A program made the translations under genes and the position numbers. DNA of 64,000 nt. It comes from Hemiscyllium ocellatum (taxonomy: Eukaryota). The stretch's first letter is position 1, and every line of letters starts with the position of its first letter. Positions 42,401 through 51,400 of the stretch are shown here, piece by piece. The notes below the pieces were generated by a model that saw only the letters and a list, made by a program, of their open reading frames with translations, was not told the DNA's origin and did no database searches. Location: assembly GCF_020745735.1 (NCBI RefSeq), contig NC_083407.1:54179857-54243856 (forward strand), written 5' to 3'.

Positions 42401-45400
42401 CTTTCTTCTCATTAATGACATGACAGGAAGTGATCATATTTTCCTGCTTCTTTTAAGGAGCCTTCCCAGGTAAAAGAGCCTGCCTCCCCATCACCATGTA
42501 TTTTGAGCCTGCTTGAAGCAGTATATGTGGTGAAATACACCAGCACAATGAACAGGTTGAAAGAATAGCCGAGATAACTAAGCAATCGTATATTCAAAGT
42601 TGATTGATAAAGTCACAGGCAGTTTGCAACATGTGTCTTTTAATGGTATTTTAAAATCTTTTGTGAGTTCTGTTTGTTGTGAGATTTGCAATATTAAGTT
42701 CAAACATGTTAACATGCATGCTTCAAACGCTAGTATCTCCTTGACTAAGTCATCGTTAGAGCAAAGGATCAGAAAGATGTTAAAGTCACCTGCAGCATGA
42801 CAAGAAGCTCATGACTGCTGGACGAACCCTTGCCTGATCCGAGCCAGAATCGACATAAATGTAGCCCCGCTTCAGCTGAGATAGCAGACGTGGTACTACA
42901 AGAAATTCAACATTGTGGTACTACAAGAAATTCAACATTGAGGCACTCAAAGACATGGAAAAAATAGCCTCATACAACCAATTCCTCTCCACAAACCTAG
43001 TGACCCTCGATGACACCAAATCGTAGGATCCCAATAAACTCTGGTTTGCTCTTGGCATCAATACCTGCAAACATTCAATCAGTCACTCAACCAGGAAACA
43101 CAAAGATTGGCTTGATGAGAATTATCAGGAGATCCAAGAACTGATAAGCTGGAAGTGCATGGCATTTGAGTTTAAAGTGAAAACCACACTCTGAAGAGAA
43201 AAGGCAGGCCTACGGGTGACTGAAGGCTGACTTCCAGCAGCAAACCCATGACGTGAAGAACAGGTAGTGGGTAGAGAAAGCACTGGAGGTCTAACAAATG
43301 GGTGACATCCATTGTATTCAGGGTTTCTTCTGTGCTGTCAAGCCCACTTACAGACCAAACAGCTAAGGCTCCACCCCAGTTCTGGCCAAATACAAAGTGA
43401 CTCTTATCAGAGACAAAACATCAAACAATGCTGGGGGGAGCACTTCAGAGACCTCTGACCCGGGCTCTGGTGTCGATCTGAGTATCCTTGAACACATCCC
43501 ACAGCAAGCTACATGCCACAAGCTCAGCAACATCCGAACCCTACATGAGGGAGAGAAGGCCATGCGCCAGCTTAGGAACAGCAAGGCTACTGGAGCAGAT
43601 GGTCTCCTGGATGAGGCATTGAAGCCTGAAGGCAAAGAACTCCTGCTGCGGCTAAACTGCCTTATCTGGAAAGTGGAGAGCATCCTAGGAGAGTTCAGAG
43701 ATGCCACAGTCATGAGCATTTTCAAAAAAGGGAAACCAGTCTGACTGTGGTACCTGTAGGGGAATCTCCCTGTTGTCGACCATTGGGTAAAGTCATCGCC
43801 AAGGTCGTCCTCAACAGTCTCCCCACTGTGGCTGAGGAGCTAGTCCCAGAATTGCAATGTGGCTTTCAACCACAGAGGGGCACAATGAACATGATTTTCA
43901 CCACGCAACCACTGCAGGAGAAAAGAAGAGTAAAGTATCTACCCATGTACATGGGCATCTTCAACCTTACAAAGGGCTTTGACACTGTCAATCAAAGCAT
44001 ATGGGGAGCCTTCTCCACTATTGTTGCACATGAGGTTTGTCACCATCCTTCACACATTCCACAAGATATGGAAGTCGTGATTATAGCAAATGGTTCCACC
44101 ACTGACCCATTCCCCATTTGGACCAGTGTCAAGCGGGCCTGCGTCATCACCCCAACACTACTCTTGATCTACTCTGCAATGCTTCACCTCACTGCCGACG
44201 AGCTCCCTGCTGCAGTGGAGCTAACTTACAGAATCTGTGGATAATTATTCAATCTCCTTCATGTCAAAGCCAAAGTCACCTTAACCAGTGTCATGGAGCT
44301 GCAGTATGCTGATGAGGCTTGTGTATGTGCACTCACAGAGGATGTACTCTATTCTATCGTCAGCAGTCTTTATGGAGGCATTTTGAGAGTACGGGTCTCA
44401 CCCGAATATCTGTAAGACAAAAGTCCTTCATCAACCTGGACTGGAATTGTGGAGTGAACCTGTGATCATTTACGGTTGATGGGGAAGCCTCCGAAAACAT
44501 TGGGAGTGTCCTATGTGTTGGAAGTGATCAGTCAGTCAAAACAGCGATTGATGAAGAGAGTTGGTGTAGCCTTCGGCAACCTGAGGAAAAGGGTGTCCGA
44601 GAACAACAACAGATCTGACACCAAGATCATGATTTACAGAGCTGTGGTTCCCATCCTCTATGTGGCTGGAGACATGGACTGCCAACAGCAGACACCTCAA
44701 GGCACTGGAGCAGTACCACCAAAGCTGCCTGTGCTAGGCACAAAGATGCACCTAGAGCAGCGTCCTCTAACAGGCCACTATCCCCAGCATTGAGGCACTG
44801 ACTATATTTGATCAACTGCAATGGGCTCGGCAAGTCATCTACATGACCGACATGAGACTCCACAAGCACGTGCTCTACTCTCAGTTCTAAAAGGGCAGGT
44901 GAACCCCAGATGGACAGAGGAGGCATATCATTGATACCCTCAAGGCCTCACTGGCAGAGTGCGGCATTCCCACAGATACCGGGGAATCATTGGCCCAAAA
45001 TCGTCCAAAGTCGAGAAGCATCATCCAAAAAGGTCTTGAGCACCTCCACTTGCTGTCAGGAAAAAGAGAAAGCTGGTCAAAAACAGCATAAGGAACCAGT
45101 ACCCTTACACTGACACCCTCATGCACCTGGTTGAACTGGTTCTCACCCTCAACAACTTCTCATGTAGTGGTAGAGATGTACAGCATGGAAACAGACCCTT
45201 TGGTCCAACCCATCCATGCTGACCAGATATCCCAAACTAATCTAGTCTCACCTGCCAGCACCCGGCCCATATCCCTCCAAACCCTTCCTATTCATATACC
45301 CATCCAAATGCCTCGTGTTGCAGTTATACCAGCCTCCACCACATCCACTGGCAGCTCATTCTATATCCGTACCAACCTCTGTGTGAAAAAGTTGCCCCTG

Positions 45401-48400
45401 AGGTCTCTTTTATATCTTTCTCCTCTCACCCTAAAGCTATGCCCTCTAGTCTGGACTCCCCCACCCCAGGAAAAAGACTTTGCCTATATACCCTATCCAT
45501 GCCCCTCATAATTTTGTAAATTTCTATAAGATCACCCCTCAGCCTCAGATGCCAAAGGATCTTTCCACATCAGATAGAAATTTACTTGTACCTCCACCAG
45601 TGTCACCTGCTGAATCCATTGCACCTGATGTCGTCACCAGGGGAGACAGGACGCCTACTTGCGGATTCATTGCAGAGAGCATCTCTGGGATGCCCGCACC
45701 AACCAAATCTACCGCCCCATGGCTGAACACTTTAACTCCCCCTCCCAAGCCATCAAGAAGATCCTGGGCCCCTCCCATCGCCAAACCTTGCCACCTGATG
45801 CCTGGAAGAAGACTGCCTCATAGTCCACCTTAGGACCCTGTAACCACATGGGATCAACATGGATTTCAACACTTTCCTCATTCCACTGGTTGGGCACAAT
45901 TACTTTCTTTTCTGAACTGCATATTTCCTGTCTGGACCAAACACATTTCCAATAGCCAAGCACAATCATATGGTACACAGATCTTTTGTACCAGAACAAG
46001 TTGACAAAGCAATATTTGAAGAAAACATTCTGTACAAAATTAATTGCGTACACATAGTTGTTTTGACAGCAGCTGGAGTTTTGTAGCCTGTTTTGGGTGG
46101 TACTCATTAGAAACTAGTCTTACAACCAGGGAAAGGTACAAAAGAGTTTGCAGGATAATTATAACATTTTTTTGAATAACACGTTATGAAAAGCTTGGAT
46201 ATTTTTCATTAGTATCGGAAATTACCAAGTATGATTGAGCAGTTTAAAATCGTCCCCAAAAGAAAGATGGAAACTTAATGTTTTTCTTTCTGAAGGGGTG
46301 GTTAAGACAAACGCACTTTGAGAAACTGTTTTTAAAAGAAAAATTGGTAACAGTCCATTCATTGTAAAGAAATTGAATATTGCTGAAAAGAGGATCTTGT
46401 TACTTGTAGCATTTTATCATCATCTCATTAGGGCAAACCACTGCCAAATTTTAAACAATTGCATCAATTCTATACTATAGGAGAAAACAGTGCTGATTAT
46501 GTGACAAGAATGTTGTATGTGTTTTGTCTTTGAGAGGCAATTCTTAAGGAATACATAAATACAATATTGTGATTTTGGCTGGCAATTCTGCCAGTTGCAC
46601 CTTGAAATTCGTCAATTTGCTACAGAATCTGCTTTTAACTTGTAATGTGTTCCACTGTTTTAAATCAATTGCCATTGGGTTAATAAGACCCTGATGAGTA
46701 ATTGCTCATTAGAACATTATTTTTAACAGAACGTGGTGAACAGAAGGTTTAAGCATTGTATAAATAAATATTTAGTAAGCAAATTAGTCTACAGGTGAAA
46801 TATGTGGTCAAGAGCATTACGTACTAAAGTCTGTTCATTTTAGCAGTGAAGAGCATCGAAAATGACTTGCTATTGTGCAAGTACATCCTATCGAGAGGCT
46901 AGTTTACTCACTTGAGAAAGGCTAATGTTAAGGGTATTGCTACACGAGTGACATGCAACGGAAGGTCTAAGGTATATTGTCAGAATTTGCACAAAATTCC
47001 TTCGTTTAAGGAAGGTCACAGTAGACCTCCTAATGGAGTTCAGAATTTTGAGAAGATTTGTAGCTTGGTTTGAGGTTCCGGATGTAAGTTTGCTTGCTGA
47101 GCTGGAAGGTTTGTTTTCAGTTGTTTCCTCACCATAATGAGTAACATCAGTGAGCCTCCAGTGAAGCACTGGTATTATGTCCCGCTTTCTATTTATACGT
47201 TTAGGTTTCCTTGGGTTGGTAATGTTATTTCCTGTGATTTTTCTCCGGAGGATAGTGGATAGAACATTACCACACAGTCAGGCCCTTTGGCCCTCGATGG
47301 TTTCACAGGTCGGTGCTACAATCTGAAGGCCATCTAACCTACACTATTCTATTCGCGTCCATATGTCTATCCAATGACCATTTAAATGCCCTTAAAGTTG
47401 GCGGATCTACTACTGTTGCAGCCATGTGTTCCGCGCCCCTACTACTCTTGAGTAAACAAACAAACTCTGACCTGTGTCCTATATCTATTACCCCTCAGAG
47501 TAAAGCTATGTTCCCTCATGCTCGCCATCGTCATCTGGGGAAAAAGGCTCTCACTGTCCACCCTATCTAAACATCTGATTATCTTTCTATGTTTCAATTA
47601 AGTCACCTCACAACCTTCTCTCTAACAAAAACAGCCTCAAGTCCCTCAGCCTTTCCTCATAAAACCTTCCCTCCATACCAGGCAACATCCTAGTAAATCT
47701 CCTCTGAACCCTTTCTGAAGCTCCCACATCCTTCCTATAATGTGGTGACCAGAACTGTACACAATGCTCCAAGCGCAGCCGCACCAGAGTTTTGTACAGC
47801 TGCACCAGGGCTTCATGGTTCCGTAACTCAATTCCTCCACCAATAAAAGCTAACACACCATAAAGCCTCCTTAACAACCCTATCAGCCTGGATGGCAACT
47901 TTTCAAGGAACCGTGTACATGGACACAGAGATCTCTCTGCTCATCTACACCACCAAGAATCTTACCATTAGCACAGTACTCTGCATTCCTGTTACTCTTT
48001 CCAAAGTGAATTACCTCTCTCTTTTCTGTATTAAGCTCTATTTGCCACCTCTCAGCCCAGCTCTGCAGCTTATCTATGTCCCTGTATAACCTTCAACATC
48101 CTTTGTCCCGATCCACAACTCTACTGACCTTAGTATCATCTGCAAATTTACTCACCCATCCTTCATGCCCTCATCCAGGTCATTTATAAAAATGACAAAC
48201 AGCTATCCCCCAAAAACAGATCCTTGTGGTAGACCATGAGTAACTGAACTCCAGGATGAATATTTCCCATCAACCACCACACTGTCTTCTTTCAGCTAGC
48301 CACTTTCTGATCCAAACTGCAAAATCACCCTTAATCCCATGCCTCCGTATTTTGTGCAATAGCCTACATTCGGGAACCTTATCAAACACCTGACTGAAAT

Positions 48401-51400
48401 CCATATACACCACATCAACTGCTTTATCCTCATGCACCTGTTTGGTCACCTTATCAAAGAACTCTAAGGTTTGTGAGGCACGACCTACCCTTCACCATGT
48501 TGACTATCCCTTACCAACTTATTGTTTTCTAGATGTTTACAAATCCTACCTCTTATAATCCTTTCCAATACCTTATACACAATCAAAGTAAGGCTCACTG
48601 ATCTATAATTACTAGGGTTGTCTCTATTCCCCTTCTTGAACAAGGGGGGACAACATTTGCTATCCTCCAGTCTTCTGGTACTATTCCTATTGACAAATAT
48701 GACAAAGATCAAAAACAAAGGCTCGACAGTCTCCTCCCTGGCTACCCAGAGAATCCTAGGGTAAATCCCATCTGGCGCACGGGACTTACCTATTTTCTAC
48801 ATTTTCCAGGATTACTAACATCTCCTCCTTGTGAACCTCAATCCCACTTAGTCTAGTAGCCAGTATCTCAGTATTCTCCTTGATAACATTGTCTTTTTCT
48901 AGTGTGAGTCCTGATGAAAAGTATTCATTTAGCACTCTGTATCTCCTCTGACTCCACGCACAACTTCCCACTACTATCCTTGATTGGCCCTAATCTTACT
49001 CTACTCATTCTTTTATTCCTGATACACCTATAGAAAGCCTTAGGGTTTTCCTTGATCCTGTTTGCCAACGACTTATGTCCCCTCCTGGCAACCCCATGCC
49101 TTCCTCCCCCCCCCCCCCCCCACCATTTTCTCTGCCCTTACTGAAACATCTAAATCCTGGAACCTGCAATAACCATTCCTCTCCCTGCTCTACCATCTCC
49201 GAAATGGCCATCACATCAAAATCCGAGGTACTAATCCATGCTGCAAGTTCACACAACCTATTACGGATGTTCCAAAATGGGTTCCAAATCAATGTGTTTG
49301 TTAATAGAGTGTCTCTTGGAATGCCATACTTCCAGGAATTCTCGTGCATATCTCTGTTTGGTTTATCTGAGGATGGATGTGCTGTCCCAGTCAAAGTGGT
49401 GTCCTTCCTTCTCTGTATGTAAAGATACTAGTGATAGTGGGTCATGTCTTTTTGTGGTGAGTTGATGTTCATGATTCCTGGTGGCTAATTTTTTGCCTTT
49501 TTGTCCAATGTAGTGTTTGTTACAATTCTCAAAGGTACCTTGTAAATGGCATTCATTTTGCTTGTCTGTGCAGGGTCTTTTCATTAGCTTTAATAGTCAA
49601 ACTGAAGACTTGTGTTCTTGTGTTGAAATTACTGACATAAGTATGAAGTGATCCTTGTGCGTCAACAAAGATAACAGATCCAAGTGCAAAATTGTCAAAT
49701 CACAAGAGCATCCAGGTATAGCAAGATTGGAAAGTATAGCTTTCTGCGTGCACCCATGAATTGCCCAGCATTCAATTAATTTTGTAAGACATGCAGCAGA
49801 AAAGGTCTTTGGCAGTAGAGCAAAGACTGATCGCAGCTACCAAGAGGTATGCACCAACCCATACTATGGACAAGGAGTATCCCCAAGCTACAATAGGAGA
49901 CCATTTGGTATCCTGTTGGAGGCATATACATGAATTGAATGATAAACCAGAATCTGACAAATCACTATTCGACAGTGATGAACACATTTCAGTGTCAATC
50001 TCATCGTAAATGTTAGTGTCGTCACATCATCTGAAGTGTTTGCAAAAACTGAAATTGTACATCCTCAGAAAACTGGCCACTATTCGTCATTAGCTAAGGT
50101 TGACATGGGCAAATGCCAGTATTACTATTGTTGCAAAGTCTTTTGGAAAGAAAACTCGACCTACACATGGGAAGTTATAATGAAATTTATGATCGTGAAA
50201 CATTCAACGTACAGGAATTCACAAATTCCATTTTAGAATCAGTGGTGTTGGATTGTAATTAGTCATTCTACCTGGATTACAGATGTTCCGTGTTGGACGA
50301 ACAATTGTAGGTGTACATTTGTGACCCTGGGCACATCGCAATGCATGGAAGCAATTGAGCACTTATTGCAGAATAGTATTCAAGAGACACTTGCTGACTT
50401 GGATAAGGAAGAAAATAAACATGATTTAGTGGAGCTAAAATTTCAGGGTTTTTTTGCTATGTGATGAAGAATGAATATTCAAAAGGTTGCATGTATTATA
50501 CTTAATGTAACTGCTTTGTCTAACCTTACAGAAAAACATCATAGGCTTGAAAACATATTGAAGGCAATATACTAAAGATTTTAGAAATGTAGATTAGGCC
50601 AGGGATCCCTGTTTCGCTCATTCTCATTTTGTGATTGCAAGAAGGTGCAAGCCCCAAAGGTGTGTAAAAATGAATGCAAACTCCCAACTCATTAGCTGAC
50701 TTCTATCAGTGACCAAGGAGGCAAAAAGTCATTTAAAAAAATCACAGCTGTGCTCTTTGCCTTTTAAATCCAGAATTGAGAATATCATCTCTGAGATGAA
50801 GTCTTTAGGGGATATCTCTGCTCAGCTCACAACATGAATTAAGAGCTGGAAGAGAAAGAAAGGAAGCAGAATGACTACCAACTCTATACCATCAATCAAT
50901 TTAAAAAGATTGCCGATTTATACAGGACCATCTGGAGCATATTACATGTAAAACAAATCTGACTTAGCAGTTACAGAAATAGCAGCTTGAGCTCAAAGCA
51001 ATGCAAGAGAAAATGACAGATCTGCAAAAAAGACACGGTAGGGATGTACAGTGCATACAAGGAACTGCACATCACTCCTCAGATGATCCTTCAGAAATAA
51101 ATACCAGCAGTGATGCTGTTGTGAAAGAATTTGAACAAGATATAAAGAAAACCAAAGAAATTGAAGTGGCAAGTACAAGAAGTCCAATCCTGAGGGGGGA
51201 AAGTTTGAGACTGGACTGATATCAGAGCAGTTGAAGTTCTAGGGTACAGTTTAAACTTAAGTTGCTCATTTGAATCAAATGAGGCAACAGCAGACCGACT
51301 AGTGCAATAACTCTGGCAACTTTACGTAAGTTATAAAACAAAGTAGGCCAGCAACTTTGCGAGGTGTACTGAAGGCTTTTGCTTTGCAACGGAGTCTAGT

